Shown piece after piece: positions 19,118 through 29,143 of a stretch of DNA of 64,000 nt. The notes below the pieces were generated by a model. The model had not been told where the DNA came from, did not search any database, and saw only the letters and a program-made list of their open reading frames with translations. The DNA comes from an uncultured archaeon (GTDB lineage Archaea > Asgardarchaeota > Lokiarchaeia > Sigyniarchaeales > SOKP01): contig CAZWEM010000006.1 of NCBI GenBank assembly GCA_964632315.1, forward strand, positions 1 through 64,000, read 5' to 3'. A program made the position numbers and the translations under genes. Within the stretch, counting starts at the first letter, position 1, and every line of letters begins with the position of its first letter.

Positions 19118-21253
19118 ATGACCCAAGATGAAAATTTACTAAGAAGAGAAAATATAAGAGAAATTATGCAAATCGCAAAAAATTGGTCTAATTTAGAGAC
19201 ACTTATTTCAAGTGTAACTTCTAAATTAATTAGCTATACCGATAGCGATGAAGCAATACATGCTTCGCTAAGAGACATAACAACATTGACTAACGTCGAT
19301 TATGCCTTTCTTTTTCAGTTGGATGAAAGTAAAGATTTATTTATAAATACCCATGATTGGTATCGTGAAAGAATTCCATCAAAAACAAGGTTCTTCCAAA
19401 AAGTTGAATTATCGAAATATCCATGGTGGGAAGCTCAATTAAAAAAAGGCAGAGTCATTAAAATTGATGAAATCACTTCACGCTCAGAAGAGGGTGTAAA
19501 ATTAAAAGAATTAATGATTACAAATGATATTAGTTCACTGGTTATCTATCCACTTTTCATTAAAACAAAACTTATAGGCTGTATGGGTTTTGCTAAATTA
19601 ATTCATACCTCAAAATGGAATGAACTTGAAATGATAATTTTGAAATTATCGTCGCAATTGATTGGGAATACTTTAGAGCGCCAGAAAATTGAAAAACTAC
19701 TAAAGGAATCCGAAGAGAAATATAGACTCATTATTGAAAATATCAATGATTTAATTTTTATCATCGATCAACAATTTCAGATTGAATATATTAACGAGGA
19801 AATGGTTTATAAATTACTTGGGTATCAAATTTCTGAACTAATTGGGAAAAACAGTTTAGATTTTATACACCCCGGAGAAAGGGAGAGATTAGTTGGCTTA
19901 TTGCGAAATGAAGTAGAATATAATGGTTCAAAAACCGAGATGAGATTTAAACATAAGCGTAATGATTGGATATGGTTTGAATGTAAAGGTAAGCATTTTA
20001 TGAGCAAGACTAACCAATCTAAGTGGTTACTTTCATCCAGAGATATATCAGATAGAAAAATAGTAGAGGAAAGGTATAAAAATTTATTTGAAAAATCCCC
20101 TAATGCGATATTACTGATAGATTTTAACGGAAAGATTATTGATTCTAACTCAACAGTAGAAAGAATTTTTGGATTTACTAAAGATTTCTTTATTAAAAAA
20201 AACATCGATGATTTAAAAGAAGTCTTCTCGCTAGAAATGAGACATTATTTTAAATACATCTTTCAAGCATATTTTAAAAATATTTTCCCTGATCCAATCG
20301 AACTCGAAATAGAAAAACCAGATAACGAGAAAATTTGGATTCAAGTACAAGCTTCAATTATTAAACAAGTAAGCAAAACTCTTGTCCAATTCATTTTTGA
20401 AGATATTACGCAAAAAAAGAAAAGCAACTTGTTAGAAAAGAAATTTAAAAATGAGTTAGAAAATGAAGTAGCAATTAGGACTAAGGAGTTAAATGATGCG
20501 CTTGAACAACAAAAACTTTATTTAGAACAGATTGTAAAATCGTCTCGGTTCAAGACAGAATTTATGGCAACTATGTCTCATGAACTAAGAACACCCTTAA
20601 ATGCAATCATTGGATTCACAGATTTATTACTTGAAGGTGCATATGGAGACCTAAATGAAGAGCAAGAAGAGTTTATTTCAGATATCAAATCTTCTGCAGA
20701 TCATCAATTAGATATGATAAATAATATATTAGATATTTCAAAAATTGAATCTGGACAAGTAACACTTAATATTCAAAAATTTTCATTAAATTCACTTGTA
20801 AATCAAATCCTTTCAAGTTTAAAACCACAATTTTCTAAAAAAGACTTGGAGATAAACCTTAAAAACTTAAATGACGAAATATTTATTTACGCTGACCCTA
20901 TAAAGTTTAGAGAAATTTTATTAAACCTTTTAAGTAACGCTCTAAAATTTACAATGAAAGGAAAGATTTATTTAACAATCCAAAAAGATTTCTCGAATTG
21001 GGTTTTTAAAGTTCGGGACACTGGAATTGGAATTGATAGAGAAGACTTCCCCCTTATTTTCAAAGAATTTAAAAGAGTAAATTCGACGTATGTGCGTTCT
21101 GTTCCTGGTACTGGACTAGGATTATCGTTAACAAAAAGATTAGTAGAATTACATGGAGGAGAAATTAATTTTTTTAGTATAATAGGTTCAGGGACCACAT
21201 TTACATTTAACATTCCAAGAAAGTGGGAATATGATATCAAAGAAAAAAATTAA
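19118..21253 (+). CDS. Cytoplasmic sensor histidine kinase GAF-PAS-PAS-HisKA-HATPase
   Basis: MSHELRTPLNAIIGF, NLLSNALKFT, DTGIGI, GTGLGL; FIHP PAS motif; kinase core closely similar to the upstream gene. Confidence 0.95.
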   Translation: MTQDENLLRRENIREIMQIAKNWSNLETLISSVTSKLISYTDSDEAIHASLRDITTLTNVDYAFLFQLDESKDLFINTHDWYRERIPSKTRFFQKVELSKYPWWEAQLKKGRVIKIDEITSRSEEGVKLKELMITNDISSLVIYPLFIKTKLIGCMGFAKLIHTSKWNELEMIILKLSSQLIGNTLERQKIEKLLKESEEKYRLIIENINDLIFIIDQQFQIEYINEEMVYKLLGYQISELIGKNSLDFIHPGERERLVGLLRNEVEYNGSKTEMRFKHKRNDWIWFECKGKHFMSKTNQSKWLLSSRDISDRKIVEERYKNLFEKSPNAILLIDFNGKIIDSNSTVERIFGFTKDFFIKKNIDDLKEVFSLEMRHYFKYIFQAYFKNIFPDPIELEIEKPDNEKIWIQVQASIIKQVSKTLVQFIFEDITQKKKSNLLEKKFKNELENEVAIRTKELNDALEQQKLYLEQIVKSSRFKTEFMATMSHELRTPLNAIIGFTDLLLEGAYGDLNEEQEEFISDIKSSADHQLDMINNILDISKIESGQVTLNIQKFSLNSLVNQILSSLKPQFSKKDLEINLKNLNDEIFIYADPIKFREILLNLLSNALKFTMKGKIYLTIQKDFSNWVFKVRDTGIGIDREDFPLIFKEFKRVNSTYVRSVPGTGLGLSLTKRLVELHGGEINFFSIIGSGTTFTFNIPRKWEYDIKEKN

Positions 21254-22767
21254 ATTACATACTTACCAATTAAATTATTCGCTTGAGTCGCAATAAGTTT
21301 TAATTGATCATAATCATTTTCTAAAATTGCCCTAACTAAATTTACTTTCAATTTTTTTACTCTTTCAAGTGTGTTAGAAAACTCTTGTTTGATTTTTTCA
21401 TATAAATTATCCATTCGATCGTATAGATTTTTTGCATGTTCATTATCGAAGGTAGTGAGATTAATGATCATCTCTTCATATGACTGATTAATTTCACGCA
21501 ACCAATCTTTCCCTATGCCTTCAATTAACTTTAAATCATCAAGATTACCCGTTCGAGAAGCTTCTTTAAACTTTTCTCGGTGTTCATTGAATAAATTCTC
21601 GAAAAAATTCTTGATTTTAATTTCAATTGATTCTAAATTTATATTTGGATTTAGGAAAAGAGTTACAGTGTAATCCTCATATCCAAAGACTCTTAACTTA
21701 AGATTAGTTCCTTCCAATCCTAATTTTGTCAATTCTTGAATATTTAATTCCAATGAAAACTTTTCAAGTGCACTAATGAACATTGGTACTAAATCTAAAT
21801 CAAACCCCGCTTGAATTTCAGATTTCAACGTTTTTGGTAATAAATAATTTTCAAGTGTTCCATTTGCAATTTCAAATTTAGTCAAAAGCTTTCCATCTTT
21901 ATCAGCAATAAACACACCAAGAAATGATGGCATTGATTCAATTTGATAATCCTCCAATTGAATAAAATCTTCTTTCGAATATGAATCTATAATCGCGTTA
22001 AAATGAGATCTACCTTTTTCAGTTAAAGAAACTAACTTTTTATTTGTTTTATCATCAACAATTATATGATCCTTACGCAATAGGCTTTCTACAAGATAGT
22101 CTACTAATTTTTTGGGTCTATTTAGCTTGATATATAAAGAATCCAAAGAGATAACGACCTCGTTATGAATTAAGGCTATTAATTTAATCGACTCATCAAT
22201 TATATTGAATATCAAGCCTTCCTCTAATAGTTCCTCTTCTAAACAAGATTTTATTATCTCAATAAAGTATGAAAATGTTTGCTTGAAATATTTTTTTTTT
22301 AAGCTTGTAAAAATAAACCTTGTTAATTCTGTTTTTGGAAATTCTGATCTAATGATAGCTTTAATTTCCTCTATTTTTTTTGGTGTAATTAAATCAATTT
22401 TGTGCATTAGCACGTAGACTATTGTTGATGAAATTAATTCATCCCTTACCTCTAAAACCTTTTTAATGAATTCTCTAATATAATCTAAGGACAAACTTAC
22501 ATCCATCACAAGAATTACGACTCTCGTGTTATAAAAAACCTCCTTATCATCAGAATTTAGCCATCGTTCATTCTCTTGTCCAGCTAAATCAAAAACACCA
22601 ATTTCTTCACTTATTCCAGGCAATCTCATTATTAATGACTCTTCTCCAAATGTTGGTTCAAGAGCATACTCAAGAAGTCTATTAGAATTTTCTCCTTCAA
22701 AGAATACTTTGCGTAGAGTTGTTTTTCCCGCTCCAGGTGGTCCAATGAAGATTATCTTTTTACTCAT
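21250..22767 (-). CDS. Rag/Gtr-like small GTPase fused to winged-helix and longin/roadblock-like domains
   Basis: GPPGAGKT, EPT, DLAGQ, HKID, FTS; LTEKG wing motif; GVFIADKDGKLL...LVPMFISALEKFS.EL. Confidence 0.8.
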   Translation of the reverse strand: MSKKIIFIGPPGAGKTTLRKVFFEGENSNRLLEYALEPTFGEESLIMRLPGISEEIGVFDLAGQENERWLNSDDKEVFYNTRVVILVMDVSLSLDYIREFIKKVLEVRDELISSTIVYVLMHKIDLITPKKIEEIKAIIRSEFPKTELTRFIFTSLKKKYFKQTFSYFIEIIKSCLEEELLEEGLIFNIIDESIKLIALIHNEVVISLDSLYIKLNRPKKLVDYLVESLLRKDHIIVDDKTNKKLVSLTEKGRSHFNAIIDSYSKEDFIQLEDYQIESMPSFLGVFIADKDGKLLTKFEIANGTLENYLLPKTLKSEIQAGFDLDLVPMFISALEKFSLELNIQELTKLGLEGTNLKLRVFGYEDYTVTLFLNPNINLESIEIKIKNFFENLFNEHREKFKEASRTGNLDDLKLIEGIGKDWLREINQSYEEMIINLTTFDNEHAKNLYDRMDNLYEKIKQEFSNTLERVKKLKVNLVRAILENDYDQLKLIATQANNLIGKYVI

Positions 22768-22770
22768 CTT

Positions 22771-24072
22771 TTATACCTCCTTTTTAAAATGAAGATGATC
22801 TCTAAATTTTTGCTTTATTTGTCCAACAATCCAAATTAGCTTATTAGCAGATAAGCTTTCAGATATACAGATTAAATTTTTTAATCCAAATAACGTGAAG
22901 TTTATATTGTTGAGGATTATATTTAGACCACTTAAACTAGAGATAATTACATGGTTTACTTTCTCTTTTTTTGCCATTAATTCAAATGTCTTAATTATTT
23001 GAGTGATTAATTTATGAGAATGGTTAATCATTAGTGTGTCGAAATCTTTGGTCATAGATTGAACTATAATGCTATCATTTAGATTTGTTAAAAAGAACAT
23101 AGTCTTTGAAAAATCTATCAATTGAGAGTCTAGAATTCTTTTGAGGTTTGAAGTTTCCTGAGATTTTTCGCTTAAAATCTCATAAAAAGCATTATATAGC
23201 CCATAAATCTTGTCAGGGTGAATACTAGTATAATATAAAGGATTTTGAAAAGCTGATTCAAGTTCCTTTTTAAGATTATCGAAGGTTTTTTCCATAACTA
23301 AATCAATCTTGTGAAAAAACAGAATTAGTTGTGTAGAGTACCCTCTCACATCAATTATTTTTCTAATTTTACTTATTTCCCTCAAAATCTCATCTTTATT
23401 TTCTAACCAACCGGTATAATCAAATATATAAATAATATAATCATTATTGTCAAATGCTAGAATGTGTTCTTGGTCATCCTCGTTTTCAAGCAAATAAGAA
23501 AGCTCCTGTCCTGAGGAATCAAATAATCCAATTTTTAAATCCAACCAAGAATACACACTGGGTGAAATACCTCTTGTTGGCTCAAGTGGATTATATAATA
23601 AATCTTTAGGATCTAAACCCTCGAAAACGATTTTTTTAATAGACGTTTTTCCCGTTCCGGCCCTACCAAGGATGAGGATCTTTCCCGATGATTCTTTTTT
23701 ATAAAATATTACTGCTCGTTCTAAAAAAATTTCATTTCTTTTGTCTACAGGTTGATTAAACACTTCTCTTGCGAATTTTGTTAGCTGAGTTTTAAAACTT
23801 GAAATTTCAATACTTTCCTTTGCTCCAAGAAAGAGGGTTATAATCTCATATCCAACTTTTGGAACTCGAGTTTTATCACAATATGATAATAACAATAGTT
23901 CTTTATAACTCGTTTCAATTAATTCTTCTTGGGAAAAATCGTCGCTATACGCAAAAGTCATGCAGATTTTATTAACTAATTCTTCAGAAACATGAAGTTC
24001 CATAGGAAATTTCACATCTATTTGCGAGCCAAGCTTTGTATCCCAACTAAATAAGACGATTCCTGTTGGCAT
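22771..24072 (-). CDS. Longin-like domain, Rag/Gtr-like GTPase and roadblock-like C-terminal domain
   Basis: GIVLFSWDTKLG N-terminus; GRAGTGKTSIKKIVF, EPTRG, DSSGQ, HKID, YTSI; C-terminal alpha/beta domain. Confidence 0.8.
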   Translation of the reverse strand: MPTGIVLFSWDTKLGSQIDVKFPMELHVSEELVNKICMTFAYSDDFSQEELIETSYKELLLLSYCDKTRVPKVGYEIITLFLGAKESIEISSFKTQLTKFAREVFNQPVDKRNEIFLERAVIFYKKESSGKILILGRAGTGKTSIKKIVFEGLDPKDLLYNPLEPTRGISPSVYSWLDLKIGLFDSSGQELSYLLENEDDQEHILAFDNNDYIIYIFDYTGWLENKDEILREISKIRKIIDVRGYSTQLILFFHKIDLVMEKTFDNLKKELESAFQNPLYYTSIHPDKIYGLYNAFYEILSEKSQETSNLKRILDSQLIDFSKTMFFLTNLNDSIIVQSMTKDFDTLMINHSHKLITQIIKTFELMAKKEKVNHVIISSLSGLNIILNNINFTLFGLKNLICISESLSANKLIWIVGQIKQKFRDHLHFKKEV

Positions 24073-24559
24073 TAGCCTTAACCTTTATAACAATTCGTGT
24101 AGTTTGTCTTTTTAATTTACATACAGTATAATAGATTTTAAATATAAAACTATGTAAAAAATAAATAAACCTTAAGCATTAATTGTATTTCTCCTATTAC
24201 TAAAATGTGACAAAAAGCAGTTTTCCTATTATCAGAATAGCTCAACAATAAAAATATGATCTATTTTAACAAGTCCTTTGTTTTATAGCTAACATTTTAG
24301 TATTTTTAATTAAATTATAAAGAAAGTAAAGCAAAAATAAAATTATATCCACTTATTAACGTAAAGGTAGAACTAATTTTATTTGAAATTTAGTGATGTT
24401 TTCTGTGTAGCATCCAATACCAGCACCTTTCTTATTATACTTATAGACTGATAATTTAATGCCCATTGGAAGAAATCAACGGTTAGAATTTATTGGGAGT
24501 ACAATTTCGTCTTGACTTATATTAGAGAGTCATAGATTAAAACTTTTCAACTAAAGCAT

Positions 24560-24907
24560 CTATAATGATAGCACTACTTTATCGCTTTTTAAGTAATCAG
24601 TTAAAGGTTGTCCCATATATTTTACATCAATGCCTAATTCCTTTAGTTTTGGAGATACGTGATATAAGTCAGCACAAGCTTTGCATGCCTCTAATATCAC
24701 TCCTGCATCTTTCATTTTTTGAATTACTCTCTGTAATTGGGGGTTTTCACTTAGAGTTTTTGCTGAAGGACCCCACACAATAAGCGTGACTTCATTCCAC
24801 CAACCTTGAAGTTTACAATTCAAAGTATACATGAAAACCATTTTTAAGGCTACCTCTGGGTCGCCACTTGTCCATAAAACAATTAATGAATCTTCTTTTG
24901 CAGCCAT
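24560..24907 (-). CDS. DsrE-family protein
   Basis: LWTSGD, WWxxVxLIVWGPS, ACKACAD, YMG.PLT.YLK. Confidence 0.88.
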   Translation of the reverse strand: MAAKEDSLIVLWTSGDPEVALKMVFMYTLNCKLQGWWNEVTLIVWGPSAKTLSENPQLQRVIQKMKDAGVILEACKACADLYHVSPKLKELGIDVKYMGQPLTDYLKSDKVVLSL

Positions 24908-25605
24908 ATTTTATCAAATTAATTTATAGAATTAAAAAAATATGTTTTAGGTAGACTTTAAAATTTGTTTCTTATAAATTTTAAAGAACAAAACTAAAAA
25001 AATGTCTCTAAAGATAGTGAAACTGATTTTTAATAAGATCAAGAAGTTTTGACTTCGCATAGTTTGGAAAACCCTTGATTTACTATGCTTTTGGTGTTGA
25101 TTTCCGTCTATATGATACCCGACATCTTTCATTTAAGATCGATAAGATGGGATTATCAAAAGCAATATCATATAATGTCATCATGTTTGATCCTTTTTTT
25201 GGATGAAATTCAAGAGAGTTATAGTGCCGTTTCTTAATGTTCTCAGAGACTTTGTTGATGTACTTGATATCATTATAAGCTAATGGATAGAGCCATTTTT
25301 TTGTTTAAATAATATTTTTGAATCGGTAAATATTGTTTCCAAGCTTCTTACCTTTCTGAGAAAAAATATAGTTTTAAGAAGATTATATCCTAAAATAATC
25401 AATAGAATTAAGGGAAGCACATATATGAACAAAAATAATAAAGCAATGAATTTATCAGAAAGTAGGTTATTAGCAAGGTAATAAGTAAGTATTGATGTAC
25501 TGAGATTGAAGATAACTATGAAAATGATAAGTAAAACTAACTTTCGTTTAAAAGAAGATGGAATGGTTTCTTACCGATGAATGTGATAAATCCTTTCCTT
25601 AGCTT

Positions 25606-25914
25606 TTGACGATAATTAATTTAATAAGACCAACTATCTTAGCAGTGATTGTGAAATCTTTCGGATCATTTGAAATACTGAAACGCAGTTACTTATGGAT
25701 AATCCTAATATTTTTCCTATTTGGATTTGGTCTTAACTTGATTGTAATTGTAAAAAATTCATTTTTTATTAATGATCCCCCTATAGGTAAATTTGCCTAT
25801 TCACTTTTAGGAATTTTTGCATATTATTCTTCACTTGAGGCTGTTCTTGTTTATGCAAGTTATAATATTGAATGGTTTGATTCCATCTTTAAAATAGAGA
25901 GAAAAACCCTATGA
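25606..25914 (+). CDS. Hypothetical membrane protein or fragment
   Basis: Hydrophobic 102 aa ORF with TTG start. Confidence 0.35.
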   Translation: MTIINLIRPTILAVIVKSFGSFEILKRSYLWIILIFFLFGFGLNLIVIVKNSFFINDPPIGKFAYSLLGIFAYYSSLEAVLVYASYNIEWFDSIFKIERKTL

Positions 25915-26463
25915 GAAGTTGACTTAATAGATGAAAAGAAATTTGTAAAGCAACATTTTTTTGATACAAAGGGAGCAAGATTAATTTATTGGCTAACAAG
26001 TGGAGTTGTAATTATAATATCAGCCCTAGGGATCATCATGCCTAACTACTATCTCAAACAAGGTCAAAATATTTACATTAACTGGAGCACGGGATTATTA
26101 ATAGGCATTAATAATAATCCAGAATATGGAGAACATGGAGATATGCTTTGGTTCTTGCACCCATTTAATTTTTTAAACCTTCCTTTTCAAATCTTTGCCA
26201 TAATTTTAGTACTCAAAGTGAGTTATAATGCAATCCATTTAATTAAACAAGATCAAGTAAGGATTGAAACTATTAACCAATTGGAAAAATATGGGTTTCT
26301 TTGCTTGTATTTTAATGTTGCCTATATAGTTGGATCTCAATTAACCATTCCATTGATGGTTATTACTAATTTTTATATTTTAAGTGGTTATACATATCTT
26401 CTCTCTTTACCTGGTTTACTGATAATTATGGAGTTACGCATTATTAAACACTATTCTAAGTAA
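25915..26463 (+). CDS. Hypothetical 4-TM membrane protein; start uncertain
   Basis: The frame is open from 25915 and encodes an extra TM helix upstream of the first ATG at 26038. Confidence 0.55.
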   Translation, partial: EVDLIDEKKFVKQHFFDTKGARLIYWLTSGVVIIISALGIIMPNYYLKQGQNIYINWSTGLLIGINNNPEYGEHGDMLWFLHPFNFLNLPFQIFAIILVLKVSYNAIHLIKQDQVRIETINQLEKYGFLCLYFNVAYIVGSQLTIPLMVITNFYILSGYTYLLSLPGLLIIMELRIIKHYSK

Positions 26464-26570
26464 AAGGAGCTTTTAACATGATTATAACTTGTCAATGAAA
26501 TTTTCACAGATTTCGATGAGTTAATCACTAATTTCTTTTATAATTTCAATCTAAATTGTTAAGTTGAGAC

Positions 26571-27470
26571 CTATTCTTCGATATATAAGATACAATCTTT
26601 GGGCTCTTTATCAAAACGGAGCCGCTTAAAACTAGGAGCTCTTAGATCTACATTTTTAGTAAATTCTAAATATTCTACTTCACAAACTAGTTCGGGCTTT
26701 AACCACACTTTATCATCTTCTTCTCTAAGAATTAAGGAATCCATTTTTTGCTTTAAATCGAATGTTTCTTGGTCTGACCATCCCGTTCCAACTTTTCCGA
26801 GTTGGATTAATTCACCTGCTTTATATGCTCCAATGATTAGGGCTCCAAAAGTATGCTCTCGCTTTCCTTCACCGATCGTATATCCCAAAATTACGCAATC
26901 TAAGGTTTTGAGGTTCTTTATCTTGAGACAAGCATTAACTCTCTTACCAGAATAGTATTTGCTGCCCTTCTTTTTTGCCATGACTCCTTCCGTGCCCATC
27001 TTCTTCATTTTCTTCCATAAATCCATGCCATCTTCTGTGTTATATATTTTCTGTAAATTTTTTCCCTCTTTAATAGATCTTGTTAAAAAATCAAGACGTA
27101 TTTCGATTGGCTCTTCAGTAAGGTCTCTCCCCTTATACTTTAAACAGTCAAATACCACGTAAGTTGCGGGATATTGTTTACTTAATATTTCAATCTTTAA
27201 TTCATTAGAAGTTTGTTCTCTTGATTGGAGTAAAGAAAAATCGGGTAAACCATTATCATTATATACAACAACTTCCCCATCAACAATGCTGTCTTTTTCA
27301 ATTTCAAGCGTGTAAAATTCTGGATAACGGTATCTTATATTTCTCCCACGTCGATTCATCAATTTCCCATCGATATATAACGCCCTTGTTCCATCTAACT
27401 TAGGTTGGAAAATGTATTGATGACTCGATAAGATATTGGGATCTCCCTTCATGCATAACATTGGTTTCAT
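26571..27470 (-). CDS. ligD: ATP-dependent DNA ligase, stand-alone LigD ligase domain
   Basis: KLDGTR adenylation motif, VDGEVV, VFDCL, EGVMAK, GKVGTG, EVEY..T....LRAPSF; overlaps ku. Confidence 0.9.
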   Translation of the reverse strand: MKPMLCMKGDPNILSSHQYIFQPKLDGTRALYIDGKLMNRRGRNIRYRYPEFYTLEIEKDSIVDGEVVVYNDNGLPDFSLLQSREQTSNELKIEILSKQYPATYVVFDCLKYKGRDLTEEPIEIRLDFLTRSIKEGKNLQKIYNTEDGMDLWKKMKKMGTEGVMAKKKGSKYYSGKRVNACLKIKNLKTLDCVILGYTIGEGKREHTFGALIIGAYKAGELIQLGKVGTGWSDQETFDLKQKMDSLILREEDDKVWLKPELVCEVEYLEFTKNVDLRAPSFKRLRFDKEPKDCILYIEE

Positions 27471-28228
27471 TTATTGATGCTAGCCTCTAATGCTTCTATC
27501 AAATTCTCAGTTCCAGCAATTTTCTTTGCTTTACCAGAAACTAATTTGCCTTCTGCTTTTTTCAATATAAGTTCTTTAAGTGATTCAGTAAATGTGTCCT
27601 CATATTTTTCCAAATTAATCGAATCAGACGTGAGTTTGTCTATCAATTCTCGTGCAAGTGTAAGTTCCTTTTCTTTTAAATCGGGTTTATCTTCTAAATT
27701 AGGAACGTTTTTGATATCTCTTATTTGATTTGAATAATTTAAGATCGACAACAAGAGCCCTTCCTTAAAATTGACTACCATACAAGTATATTCTTTTTCT
27801 CTTAAAACAAAAGTAGCTATCGCTGCCTTATTGCTGTTTGCCAAGGTTTCTTTAAATAAGAAGTAGGGACGTTCAGTATTTTCTGTTGGACCGATATAAT
27901 AATGTCGGGTAAAGTAAATTTGGCTTATTTTATCTATATCAATAAATTCTTGGATTTCTATTAGATCATCTGCTTTAGGTTTTAATTCATTAATCTCTTC
28001 TTTAGAGATCATGTAATAGGCATCTTTACCCATTTCTATACCTTTAATTATATCTCCCCAGCTAATTTCTTTCCCACACTCAGAGCAAACACGGTTGTAT
28101 TTAATCCGTCCATTATCTTTTTCGTGAAAGAGATGAAAATTTATTTGATCATCTTCCACTGCAGAATATAAAGCAACGGGGATGTTTACAAGACCAAATC
28201 CTAGGTATCCCTTCCATACAGCTTTCAT
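27467..28228 (-). CDS. ku: Prokaryotic Ku (NHEJ end-binding protein)
   Basis: WKGxLxFGLVNIPVxLYSA, GRIKYxRVC, IEIxEF, Y.D.F, NLIEALEAS; ATG 28228. Confidence 0.95.
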   Translation of the reverse strand: MKAVWKGYLGFGLVNIPVALYSAVEDDQINFHLFHEKDNGRIKYNRVCSECGKEISWGDIIKGIEMGKDAYYMISKEEINELKPKADDLIEIQEFIDIDKISQIYFTRHYYIGPTENTERPYFLFKETLANSNKAAIATFVLREKEYTCMVVNFKEGLLLSILNYSNQIRDIKNVPNLEDKPDLKEKELTLARELIDKLTSDSINLEKYEDTFTESLKELILKKAEGKLVSGKAKKIAGTENLIEALEASINK

Positions 28229-28459
28229 TTGACATAAACACCTCATTAAATGTTAATCTTTGGGTATTTTAATACATGAGAATAAAAAATTTCATATTGA
28301 TAGCTTAAAAGATATTAATAAATGCAAGCTCTAGAATTCCTAAGAAATTGCGGTATTTCAAATTAAAATTATAAGTAGTGAAGATATGGTCCAAAACAAG
28401 ATTCTACCTTGCTAAGACGAAATATTTAAATTAATAATTGAAAGCTAATTAGGTGTAGA

Positions 28460-29017
28460 ATGTCTTTAAAAGAATATAATAGTAAGCGAGATTTTAAAAA
28501 AACGGGTGAACCCAAAGGTGAAATTAAGAGAGGTAAAAATAGGATTTTTGTTGTCCAAAAGCACGATGCTAGCAGGTTACACTATGATTTTAGATTACAA
28601 ATGGAGGGAGTGCTAAAGTCCTGGGCGATACCTAAAGGTCCTTCACTTGATCCTAGTAAAAAACGTTTGGCAATTCCTACAGAAGATCATCCCATTGATT
28701 ATGCTGATTTTGAAGGGAATATTCCTGAAAATAATTATGGTGCTGGAAGCGTCATTGTTTGGGATACGGGAATTTATGAAAATAAAACTGAAAAAAATGA
28801 GCAAGTAATCAGTATCAAGGAGGCCTACGATAGGGGTCATATAACATTAATACTATATGGAGAGAAATTAAAGGGAGAATTTGCACTAATCAAAATGAAG
28901 GGTAGCGATAAATGGTTATTAATTAAGAAAGATGATTCTTTTGCAGACAGAAAAAATGATATCTTAGAGAAACACCCTAAATCGGTTTTAAGCGATAAGG
29001 ACATAGATGAACTTTAG
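28460..29017 (+). CDS. Stand-alone LigD 3'-phosphoesterase
   Basis: LxEYxxKRDFxKTxEP, FVVQKHDASRLHYDFRL, SWAIPKGPSLDP, TEDHPxDY, YGAG. Confidence 0.95.
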   Translation: MSLKEYNSKRDFKKTGEPKGEIKRGKNRIFVVQKHDASRLHYDFRLQMEGVLKSWAIPKGPSLDPSKKRLAIPTEDHPIDYADFEGNIPENNYGAGSVIVWDTGIYENKTEKNEQVISIKEAYDRGHITLILYGEKLKGEFALIKMKGSDKWLLIKKDDSFADRKNDILEKHPKSVLSDKDIDEL

Positions 29018-29143
29018 CTAAAAGTATTAACTGATATCGATTTTAAAATAGAACTTTTCTCTTTTCTCATTTAATATATCTCTTTGTCAAAGATTTAAAT
29101 ATTAGTTTTTCATTCTAGCTTTCAATAATTTATAAGAAATAAA

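Noticed and set aside
26479-26527. Hairpin containing ATGA...GA as a SECIS for TGA 25912
   Set aside because: Upper helix too short, no apical AA motif, and the TGA has no redox-motif context; more likely a 3' structure between convergent genes.
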